The translations under genes and the position numbers were made by a program. A DNA stretch of 64,000 bases, filler included, from Globobulimina sp. (taxonomy: Eukaryota), in the NCBI GenBank assembly GCA_003354225.1. It is 10 parts of 10 records of this genome, joined end to end, with 100 filler letters (N's around TTAATTAATTAA, not from the genome) between each part and the next. Parts side by side here need not be neighbours in the genome. Positions count along the whole stretch, not along the records: positions 1 to 6,338 come from PIVH01000310.1; positions 6,439 to 12,773 come from PIVH01000312.1; 8 more parts are not named here. One strand, 5' to 3'. This document shows, piece by piece, positions 1 to 8,902 of the stretch. Numbering within the stretch: the first letter of the stretch is position 1; every line of letters starts with the position of its first letter. The notes under the pieces were generated by a model. It was not told where the DNA came from, searched no databases, and saw nothing but the letters and a program-made list of their open reading frames with translations.

Positions 1-1
1 C

Positions 2-2887
2 TTCTACTTCCTGTGCCAGTTCAGTATGACTCGTATATGTTTTTTGTTCTATTAAAGCCATTTGTGAACCTGTATCCACACCGCTTCCATCTGCGGTGAC
101 TTCTTTAAAATCTATTTTATTATTTGTCCCGTCAATAACAATATTGACAATAGCCCGATCGCTTTCTGAATAAGAAATCCGTGTATCTGAGCTGTTGGAC
201 AAACCAAGCTTCCGGGCTGCATTTGTGTTGGAATGATCTCCTGTTTGCCACAACAAATTAAATTCTTTTATTGCAGAACTGCTTCCTTTAACCCTAAAAC
301 CCTGATTTATATCATATACGACATCATATAATATATTATTTGGGGAAGCGTTTCTCATTGCTGTTTGAATTTGAGAAGCTACCTGGTTCAAATCATTATA
401 ATCTCCAACAGGTATGTCAATAGATATCTCATCTGAAATGATACCATCTATACGGATTTCCCTAAAATCTATTTTATTATTTGTTGAATCAAATGAAATC
501 CAGGACGGTGCGCTACCGCTGCTGCTTGAATACGAAGTGGCACCGGAATTATCCAACGTTGTATCATAGCCTAAAGTATTTCCGATGGTATGCTGTTGAT
601 TTGTACCCGTCGCCCACAACAACTTTAATTCATTCAATGCCGTACCACTGGTAGTCTGAAGAATATCAAAATCATTGCTCGTTTCATCATAGGATACATC
701 ATACACCACTGAATTACCAGATTCGATTGATATAGTGTTCATGGTGTCTTCAAGTGTATCTTCCATTTCATGCATACTGGTATAAACACCTTGCGGAGTA
801 AATGCCTGTAATGTTGTGGATATACCTGATGTATTGATCTCCTCAAAATCGATCATATTATTATCACCATCAATCAGAACGGAAAACATAGACATTTTCA
901 TCGGTGCAACATCACTGCTAAAAGGCCCTAACCCTGCTCCGGAATCATCCAATTCCGGATCATACCCCAATGACTCACCAATTGAAGCGGAATTTCCAAT
1001 ACCACTTTGCCATAACAGATTAAAGTCTGTGAGCGCTGCACCTCCTGTCTGTTGAATCACCACCTGGCTTAAAGTTTGATCGTAGGAAATATTATAATTA
1101 TATACAGACACATTTTCCACAGCAGTTTCAGCAGCAGCTGCCAAATCTGTAAGATTCGCATATGTTCCCGGAGGGATAATTGCCTGGAGGGTGGTAAACG
1201 GTCCGGCTGTACCAGCCACAGACTCTTCAAAATCTAGCCGATTATTGGTATTGTCGATTGTAATAGAGCTGTGTGGGTAAGAAATGGTATCATCAAGCAA
1301 ATAGTATCCTAACGTTTCTGCAGCAGCCGTTGATGTATTCCATTGAATAGTTAACTCATTTAAATTTGTGCCATCCTCTCTGATATTAAAACGGCTGTTT
1401 AATGCGTCATAAGAAACGGAATAATCTATCGTATTTGCACCTGAAGTTGGTGCCGCACTTGCTGTTTCCATTGCAGTTTCAATCGTCTTAGCAAGTAATC
1501 CCATATCAGTATAAGTAACCGCTGCCCCACTGGTATTAAAATCAGCGGTCAATGTCTGCTGACCACCGGTAGAATTGATTTCAACAAAACCAATTGTATT
1601 ATTCCCGCTTGACCCTATTGTGAGCTCGGTAATGAATGCAGCCTGAACATCTGATACCGGCGGTGCCTGGATAATATTCATGCCAGCAAAACCAATTTCA
1701 TGCCCGATTGAAGTATCATTCGTGGCAGCCTGAATTTCAAACTCTATATATGCACCGTCAGTGATTGGTGTATCAAATGTAACGCTTATGTCTGTAACGC
1801 CCTCAATGTTGAGTGCAATATCTACCCCATGGTCTGTTCCCGAAATTTCAGTCGGCATGATATAGCCGGGATTATCCTCAACCGCCCATTTCTTTTCTGC
1901 CTTGTTCCATGTGAACCGTATGGGCTGAGCACCTTTCTCTGTATCGGTTGTCCCAATGGTCAATGCACTCTTGGTTGATACATTTATCGCAATATCCATT
2001 TGATCAATACCAGGAGATCCCTGTAAATTATAAACATATGCTTCATTGCCTGTATCCCACATGAACTCGGTGCTAATATATCCGTTATAACTTCCATCTT
2101 CCCGAATAGAATATGTTTGGGTGATTTCATTGTAATTCACATTGTAATTCACACCATACCCATCACTTGATGATTTCTCATTCAATACGTTTCTGACAGC
2201 TGTTTCCAATTCGGCTTTCCGATACAATCCTTGAGGTATCTCAACTTTGAAAATTTTTTGCGATGCATGTCCCTTGCCGATATCCTCTTTAAACACAATG
2301 GTATTGTTGGTGGTATTAATATCGACCTCCTGATCCCAGAAAGTTGTATCACCAGTTCTTCCAACCTCAACCCCTATAGTTCTGTCCGTGCGAACTTCAA
2401 ATGCTGTACTATTTCCATTGTAATTTACACTTTTAAGTACTTCATCATAAATCAGAGCAACCTTATTTGTTTCTGTACCGCTGAAGATATAATTTCCATT
2501 AACCTGTGTATTCCCCAGGGTCACAATCTGATGAATCGAACTTTCAATTCTATCAATGGCGTCATTTCTTTCGTCAAAGGTTGTCGAGTCATTTGCAAGA
2601 CGGGCAACATCGGTTTTGATATCAAGCAGGATATTATTCGTGCTGCTTAAGGCCTCTTCAACACTTAGAATCCACGATTTTCCCATATTGACATTTTCGG
2701 CAATTTGATCAAGATTTCCAATAGTGTTTTTTATGGTTAACACCTGACTTAATCCCAAAGGATCATCCGAAAGTTCATTCAACCTCTTTTGGGTGCTTGA
2801 TACCTCATTTGCACTCTCTAAATCGCTGGTCAGCTGTCCCAGTCTATACGTTGAGTTGACATATGTTGATATGTTGGGAACTCTCAT
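2..2887 (-). CDS. flgL: Flagellar hook-associated protein 3 (FlgL), very large, runs off the window start
   Basis: Absent from the ORF track because no stop lies in the window. ATG at 2887 with AGGAGG upstream. Hand translation MRVPNISTYVNSTYRLGQL...SDDPLG...GNTQVNGNYIFSG matches the flagellin/FlgL N-terminal domain. Lies 13 bp downstream of flgK. Confidence 0.9.
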   Translation of the reverse strand, partial: MRVPNISTYVNSTYRLGQLTSDLESANEVSSTQKRLNELSDDPLGLSQVLTIKNTIGNLDQIAENVNMGKSWILSVEEALSSTNNILLDIKTDVARLANDSTTFDERNDAIDRIESSIHQIVTLGNTQVNGNYIFSGTETNKVALIYDEVLKSVNYNGNSTAFEVRTDRTIGVEVGRTGDTTFWDQEVDINTTNNTIVFKEDIGKGHASQKIFKVEIPQGLYRKAELETAVRNVLNEKSSSDGYGVNYNVNYNEITQTYSIREDGSYNGYISTEFMWDTGNEAYVYNLQGSPGIDQMDIAINVSTKSALTIGTTDTEKGAQPIRFTWNKAEKKWAVEDNPGYIMPTEISGTDHGVDIALNIEGVTDISVTFDTPITDGAYIEFEIQAATNDTSIGHEIGFAGMNIIQAPPVSDVQAAFITELTIGSSGNNTIGFVEINSTGGQQTLTADFNTSGAAVTYTDMGLLAKTIETAMETASAAPTSGANTIDYSVSYDALNSRFNIREDGTNLNELTIQWNTSTAAAETLGYYLLDDTISYPHSSITIDNTNNRLDFEESVAGTAGPFTTLQAIIPPGTYANLTDLAAAAETAVENVSVYNYNISYDQTLSQVVIQQTGGAALTDFNLLWQSGIGNSASIGESLGYDPELDDSGAGLGPFSSDVAPMKMSMFSVLIDGDNNMIDFEEINTSGISTTLQAFTPQGVYTSMHEMEDTLEDTMNTISIESGNSVVYDVSYDETSNDFDILQTTSGTALNELKLLWATGTNQQHTIGNTLGYDTTLDNSGATSYSSSSGSAPSWISFDSTNNKIDFREIRIDGIISDEISIDIPVGDYNDLNQVASQIQTAMRNASPNNILYDVVYDINQGFRVKGSSSAIKEFNLLWQTGDHSNTNAARKLGLSNSSDTRISYSESDRAIVNIVIDGTNNKIDFKEVTADGSGVDTGSQMALIEQKTYTSHTELAQEVE

Positions 2888-2892
2888 GACAT

Positions 2893-2898
2893 TCCTCC
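2893..2898 (-). promoter_or_regulatory. Shine-Dalgarno site of flgL
   Basis: AGGAGG (plus strand CCTCCT) 5 nt upstream of the ATG at 2887. Confidence 0.75.
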
Positions 2899-2900
2899 TG

Positions 2901-5900
2901 CTATCGCATCGCTATTAGCGTATTTAACATTTCATCGGCTACCGTCAACAATTTAGATGCCGCTGAAAATGCATGCTGAAATTTCATCAATTTAATCATT
3001 TCTTCATCCAGGGAAACAGCTGAAATCGAATTTCTCTGTTCCGTTATATTATTGACCATGATGTCGGCAAACTCTTTTGAATTTTTAATGCTTCTGGATT
3101 TAATGCCTAATGAAGCTATCAGCTGTGTATAAAAATTATCAAGGGACGCATTGGTAATACTCGAGGATGCTTCGTCTCCTCTATTATAGGTCCACAGCTT
3201 CATCTGCCGTTCCAGATACTGAACATCCGCCATCGCAAGTGCATTGGTGTTGTCCCCCTGGCTGATGTGCCCATTTTCACTATCTATACTTGCTGCCGCT
3301 ATCAACCGTGTATCTGACAATTTACCGTTTAATTCTATTGTCAATGAATCATACCCTTTAAAAAAAGTATTGATCCCTGCTGCTGCAGCCAGTCCTGACG
3401 ATTGCGAATTGCTATCTGAAAATGCAAACCCGATATCCTGTGAATTACGCTTCTCTAAATCAAGCTCAATATAGCCAAATCCATTCACCTGCTCATTAAA
3501 TTCAATCCGGATGTCTGCAAGACCGTCACCAGTAAAATCCACCCCAAAACCATTGTCATCCCCGCCCTGGGGAATTAACTGCATTGCCCCACCTGTAGGG
3601 TCATTCAAATATCCCCAGACACCAGCGGCAGACCTTTCAAACCGAAGGTCTGAGGCCTTAAAATCTATTGCTCCCCAATCCGTTACAACAATGGAAATAT
3701 TTTCTTCATCAAATCCATTTTCACCGGAATACTGGATATTCTTCATTGCATAATATTGATCTGTTGCCTCAAATCTCAGTCGATTATCCAGTGTGACCTG
3801 CGCCTTCATTCCTGGTGCATTTCGGTTGAATTCCTGGGCAAATGAGTCAAGGGTCCAGTGCCAGTCTGACAATTTTTCACCCGTCGGCTCACCTGAACTG
3901 GTTAAAAACTGGGGAATACCTGTATCACCTGTGGTAATGGTGAATACATCATCGGTAAATAGTGTACCATCATAAAATTTGACCAGCATGCCATCTACTT
4001 TAACCTCAACCGGTGTTTCTGGTGTATAAGGAGGGTTATTCCCGTCTATTTTGAATGATCCTGTTTCAACACTGTTTGTCCATTCAATGATTAGATCGGG
4101 ATCATTTCCTGACGGCAAATGACCGACTTTCCCTCCGGAAACCACTTTAAACCTATAAATATCATTAATGCTGTTGGCCTGACCAGTTGTCCTGAAATTT
4201 AGAGGATCCGGGCTCCCCTTCGTATCTGTATTTACCAGCAATGTATTACCGGCAACAAGAACACCTTTTGAAATATCAAAACTCAATGTCTGAACACCAC
4301 CCTCCACAATTATTGCCTCACCCTCATCTTCAATATTAATAAACCCTGAAGACCCGGTTCTGATCCCATCCGTGTCCAGTCGCTCCCACATAATTGTTCC
4401 CTCATCATCATAAAGGGTTGAAGTTGCTGAATTTCTATAGCTTTGTGTGGGATCGGCATCAATAAGTTCATTTTCAGGCTGATTTGTTTCTGTTCCTGTT
4501 CCCGTACTAATTTTTATCTGGGCATTGCTACCAAAATCATCTATAAAATTATCAATCACAATCGGGTCCTCAAGAGTAGAGGCCTTAATAATTGAAACCG
4601 AACCCGCTGTTCTAATAACTTGATAATTAGTGCTAAGAGTTGCATTCAGTTGGGTTTCAATTAATGTTGCTAAAGCGATATCAGATGTTCCTCCGGCAGC
4701 AGTTGTATTGAATGTGATTGTTGTTCCATCAATATCAAATGAAATGGTTTCACCTGCTGCAGTAGTTGAAGTGAACCCTGAAAAACCGCCGTCCCCTCCC
4801 AGCGTTAGAATTGAACTTCCGACTTTGGCAAGACTACTGTCAAAAACCCCCCCTGAACCGGCTCCGGATACAGTCGTTCTAATGTCCATTCCAGGCTCAA
4901 GTAGTATTGTAAGCGTTCCTGTTATTACTGCTGTTTTATTCACTGCACCGGCTGTAGATTCATTTACTGTGACCTGGGTTCCTTGACCCAAGAAAATTAA
5001 ATCATCACCCGCAGTCGTTGTCGCATTATACCGGGCCGTATCATTGGCTGCCGCTGTAAAATCGAGAATGGAATTGATATTACCCCCATCAGCGGTTGTA
5101 CCATTCAGGGATGCAATGGCTATAGTGGCATTATCTCCTGTGTCATTACCAGCATCACGAAGCTGGATATCTGTTCCATCGGTTGTCCTGATTTTTATTG
5201 TATTGGTTGAAAAATCTTTTTCGATTGTAAAAGGAGATCCTGCAAGGGCACTAGAAAGCTTATCCCCAAATGCAGTAATCAATTCCAGCTGGTCAGTTGT
5301 ATCAATATCTGAAAGATCTATAGAGATTGCAGTGGTGTCTACAGCAGATGTGCCTGACATTGAATCTATCGTGAACAATACGGTATCACCTTCATTAAAA
5401 TTCGAAAAACTACTCAACGAAATTCCTGCATTGTCAATAACGTCAAAATCCTGAACACCCAGCGTTTTTCCAGAACTGCTCCTTAAAATTGACCCGATGA
5501 CGACCAAATCATCATCTTCCTTGGTATTATTGATTGATTCTGCTGTTGATAACAACGCATCTTCAAATTGTTCTGAAAGAGTCCCAATGGATGAATCCCT
5601 TACGAAACTCACCTGTTGAATAATACCATCCACATACAATGAAAATTTAACCTGATCCCCATCTTGAGCATTTGCAATGGAACCTGTATTAAATGTAGCC
5701 TCAGTTTCCGATGCGTATGCCTGAACTCCCCCGATAGTGTTCAATGCCTCCGCAATGGATGCAGCAGATCTTCTGGCCTGGCCGCCCGTGTCTTTCACAT
5801 CAACAATTTGTGTGCCATCAGGCCCGTTGTAAACTGTTAACGTTTGTTCAGCAATGGCTCGATCCAAGGTCATGGCAACTGTGGTTGCCGTACCTGATGT

Positions 5901-6338
5901 TAAAGTATATCCCCAGACACCTGCCAATCCATCACCATCAGTTTCGGTTACTTCTTTATCTCCAAGAACGGCATCATCAACAACCGTTAATCTGTATTTA
6001 GATTGAAGCGCACCAGGTGTTAAACCCTGCCAGTCAGAAATACTCGCCTCTGAGATCCCCATATCGATTTTAATTTTGCTATATTCAGTGGTAGTGGTTG
6101 TTGTATCTTCTACCCACATGGTAAAATCTTTTGAGTTATCAATTTTATCACCAAATTCAAAACTGGTCATCCATCGACTGTCATCTGTTGTATAATCACC
6201 TGTAACCGGTTCTGAAAAATATTCAAGCCCGGTACCTTGAGAATGCTGATAATTTATTGCCCAGATCATTTCCCGTGATAATTCATCTACTTCTGCACGG
6301 TACTTTGGAATAATAGCATCACGCATTTCAAGCAAGCC
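2901..6338 (-). CDS. flgK: Flagellar hook-associated protein 1 (FlgK), >1144 aa, 5'-truncated by contig end
   Basis: C-terminus 'QRNSISAVSLDEEMIKLMKFQHAFSAASKLLTVADEMLNTLI' is the FlgK signature, also 'GDNTNALAMA'. Directly upstream of flgL. Confidence 0.93.
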   Translation of the reverse strand, partial: GLLEMRDAIIPKYRAEVDELSREMIWAINYQHSQGTGLEYFSEPVTGDYTTDDSRWMTSFEFGDKIDNSKDFTMWVEDTTTTTTEYSKIKIDMGISEASISDWQGLTPGALQSKYRLTVVDDAVLGDKEVTETDGDGLAGVWGYTLTSGTATTVAMTLDRAIAEQTLTVYNGPDGTQIVDVKDTGGQARRSAASIAEALNTIGGVQAYASETEATFNTGSIANAQDGDQVKFSLYVDGIIQQVSFVRDSSIGTLSEQFEDALLSTAESINNTKEDDDLVVIGSILRSSSGKTLGVQDFDVIDNAGISLSSFSNFNEGDTVLFTIDSMSGTSAVDTTAISIDLSDIDTTDQLELITAFGDKLSSALAGSPFTIEKDFSTNTIKIRTTDGTDIQLRDAGNDTGDNATIAIASLNGTTADGGNINSILDFTAAANDTARYNATTTAGDDLIFLGQGTQVTVNESTAGAVNKTAVITGTLTILLEPGMDIRTTVSGAGSGGVFDSSLAKVGSSILTLGGDGGFSGFTSTTAAGETISFDIDGTTITFNTTAAGGTSDIALATLIETQLNATLSTNYQVIRTAGSVSIIKASTLEDPIVIDNFIDDFGSNAQIKISTGTGTETNQPENELIDADPTQSYRNSATSTLYDDEGTIMWERLDTDGIRTGSSGFINIEDEGEAIIVEGGVQTLSFDISKGVLVAGNTLLVNTDTKGSPDPLNFRTTGQANSINDIYRFKVVSGGKVGHLPSGNDPDLIIEWTNSVETGSFKIDGNNPPYTPETPVEVKVDGMLVKFYDGTLFTDDVFTITTGDTGIPQFLTSSGEPTGEKLSDWHWTLDSFAQEFNRNAPGMKAQVTLDNRLRFEATDQYYAMKNIQYSGENGFDEENISIVVTDWGAIDFKASDLRFERSAAGVWGYLNDPTGGAMQLIPQGGDDNGFGVDFTGDGLADIRIEFNEQVNGFGYIELDLEKRNSQDIGFAFSDSNSQSSGLAAAAGINTFFKGYDSLTIELNGKLSDTRLIAAASIDSENGHISQGDNTNALAMADVQYLERQMKLWTYNRGDEASSSITNASLDNFYTQLIASLGIKSRSIKNSKEFADIMVNNITEQRNSISAVSLDEEMIKLMKFQHAFSAASKLLTVADEMLNTLIAMR

Positions 6339-6438
6339 NNNNNNNNNNNNNNNNNNNNNNNNNNNNNNNNNNNNNNNNNNNNTTAATTAATTAANNNNNN
6401 NNNNNNNNNNNNNNNNNNNNNNNNNNNNNNNNNNNNNN
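6339..6438. other. Artificial contig linker
   Basis: 44 N + TTAATTAATTAA (stops in all six frames) + 44 N. Confidence 0.98.
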
Positions 6439-7850
6439 AATGTTGGAATAAAGATGATGTCGCAAAGCAATGGAAACAGGTCGATGCTCAATACATATCG
6501 ACCAATCATAAATGTATTGAGGAATATGGTTGGCCCGAAACATAAAGTTTATTAACAAAAAATTGTTTCTTTCTTTCTTTCTTTGTCCACTTTTGGTTAA
6601 CTTTAATTGTTTCTTTTTTTTATTTCCATTCTATTTGTGAAATCGCTTTAATATCCGGATGTTGTGGTCGTTTCTTATCCGGATGTTGTGTTTTTTTCAT
6701 TTGAGTTCGTACATGATTTGAGGACTGGGTTATGGCGTTGGTTGGAGATCGATAGTGTGACATCTCGATAAATTTGAAGTGCCGAACATTTCCAAAACTT
6801 AACAAGTGTTTGCGAAGCGATGAAAACAGTTTAGTGAAGGAAAATAGTGTGGTTTGAAGAAATTATGAAAATGTGCCACCGATTACATTTATGTGGGATG
6901 TGTGGCAGTACGTGTACGTTGCGAAGAAATGAGATCATGGACAAACGTTTTATTTAAAATTTAATTAAGATATTATTTACAATCATAGGCAATATTATTG
7001 ATAACACCATTTGCTTGATCTGTCGCTAACTGAGTTGGAACCACATTCAATGCATTTGAATCATCATTTTGATATAAGGTTGCATACATAACATATACTT
7101 GATTCCATCAATGGACAATGGGACATTCTCTATCTTCCACAGGCCCAAACCCGCAATCCTTTCCATTTAATATTATATCACCGCTAAAAATTTACATGTT
7201 GTGCTTGGTATTTTCGTATAATAATTATCCGCAAGAGCAGCTGGACAAATACAAGCATGCTAACCGCTCATTATCAAAGATGGCTGATTCATCATTGTTA
7301 TATGCACTCAATGTCATCAACGCATCGAATGTATGATTAAAAGTCTCACCTAAAGAGTTTGCACTTGCTGCTAACACTGCAGCGCCTCCACGCCTTATTA
7401 TATATAAATTCCTTTAAATTATTGCTAAATTGATTGGTTGTCATAAAAATATATATTTCAACCCAGACAACCAATAAAGTCAGCAATAAATTACCTTAAC
7501 GCATCACCAAGACCTTTACCAACGCATTCTTGCTCCAATTGGTCAACTACGCCATGATAATATGGATTTATTGAATGACGACCGGTAATCCGGATTAATA
7601 TATGGCGACCGATAATGACGACCATTTTCTTCTAAATTACCAATTTTATCATCCTCATCATCATTATTTTTATCCCCTAGAGGAATCTAACGAAGTGATT
7701 CAATCTAGGGTTTATAAGAGATTTCTCAATTCTAAATTAATTTTTTGAAACTCACAAACGTACGTACACCAATTATGCTTTGAGAGTGTCACTAAAAAGT
7801 TTTTCACTAAAAAATTTTTGACCACCTCCCCTACTATTCATCGACATTGC

Positions 7851-8006
7851 CCCCGAGAATTTCCCCGAGAATTTCCCCGAGAATTTCCCCGAGAATTTCC
7901 CCGAGAATTTCCCCGAGAATTTCCCCGAGAATTTCCCCGAGAATTTCCCCGAGAATTTTCCAGAGAATTTTCCAGAGAATTTTCCAGAGAATTTTCCAGA
8001 GAATTT
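7851..8006. repeat. 12-bp minisatellite, 13 copies
   Basis: 9 x CCCCGAGAATTT followed by 4 x TCCAGAGAATTT. Confidence 0.97.
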
Positions 8007-8060
8007 CCCCGCGAACAAAGTGTAGTAAAATGTATCGAATATCGTAAATATTTTCATTTT

Positions 8061-8420
8061 CATGGATTATTCTCATTTTGATGGATTATTCTCATTTTGA
8101 TGGATTATTCTCATTTTCATGGATTAGTGTCATTTTCAGGGATTATTGTCATTTTTCATGGATTATTCTCATTTTCATGGATTTTTCTCATTTTCATCGA
8201 TTATTGTCATTTTCATGGATTGTTCATGGATTATTCTCATTTTCATGGATTATTCTCATTTTGATGGATTAATCTCATTTTCGTGCATTATTGTCATTTT
8301 CGATGGATTAGTGTTATTTTCATCGATTATTGTCATTTTCTGGGATTATTGTCATTTTTCATGGATTATTTTGATTTTCATGGATTATTCTCATTTTTCA
8401 TGTATTATTCTCATTTTGAT
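8061..8420. repeat. Degenerate 19-bp minisatellite, about 19 copies
   Basis: Consensus CATGGATTATTCTCATTTT, head-to-tail with no spacers. Confidence 0.95.
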
Positions 8421-8902
8421 ATAAAATATTTCCAAAAAGAAAAAAATTCCTCTAGGGTTTTAGGGGCTTGCCCCCTCCTAGGTTATCTGTCGGGATATCA
8501 ACAACTTTATCGTTGTTATTGTTGCTTGTTTGCGGATTTCTGGCATCACATTGATGATTATGCGGTGTTGCTGTTCCTTTTGATACATCGCATTCTCGAC
8601 AGCGTATATCATATGGATTATTATCGTTTGTTTGTCCTGGAGCTACAGTACGATTACAATTAAATTTACACAAGGTTATGTTGGTATTTTTGAGTGTTTG
8701 TTGGTATTTCGATCACTACACTCGACAACGACTTAATGTATAAATCTGTACATCAAAATTTAACTATTTTTATCATATACGTGAATGCATCATTTATTGT
8801 GTATAGAAGCTGTGAAATTAACCTGGTGATTCGCAGCGCACTTTATTTTTCGAAAAAAATACTAAAAAAAAATTAATAAAAAAAAAAAGTCTAGTTGACG
8901 AA

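Larger units (their letters stand above)
7675..8481 (+). mobile_element. Putative non-autonomous Helentron/DINE-1-like (rolling-circle) element
   Basis: Perfect 12-bp inverted repeat CCCTAGAGGAAT (7675-7686) / ATTCCTCTAGGG (8446-8457). Also a 5' hairpin (7675-7710), a 3' hairpin GGGGCTTGCCCC followed by CTAG, and two internal tandem arrays. Confidence 0.6.
6976..8673 (-). pseudogene. Degraded eukaryotic gene with a Cys/His-rich N-terminal motif, interrupted by the insertion at ~7675-8481
   Basis: CKFNCNRTVAPG...CRECD...HNHQCDAR upstream. The frame continues DKNNDDEDDKIGNLEENG after removing the insert. Downstream segments contain in-frame stops. Confidence 0.45.

Noticed and set aside
3244-6001. 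Plus-strand ORFs overlapping flgK
   Set aside because: Antisense shadows of a well-supported gene.
6383-6394. TTAATTAATTAA as a biological motif, and ORFs running through the N blocks
   Set aside because: It is identical in all nine gaps and is a standard six-frame-stop linker.
7107-7112. In-frame TGA (minus strand) as selenocysteine or an alternative genetic code
   Set aside because: It lies in an insertion-disrupted region with other stops. Intact genes here end in TAA, TAG or TGA, and no SECIS was recognised.
8061-8420. Possible CRISPR array
   Set aside because: The units are head-to-tail with no unique spacers, there are no cas genes, and the context is eukaryotic.
7773-8424. ORFs with FSGK/PREF/ILGE/PRIS and MDYSHF repeats
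   Set aside because: They are translations of the minisatellites, open in several frames on both strands, with no sign of coding.
7704-8466. TAGGGTTT(T)AGGGG as a telomeric repeat
   Set aside because: Only one or two units, internal to the contig, and better explained as part of the element's inverted repeats.
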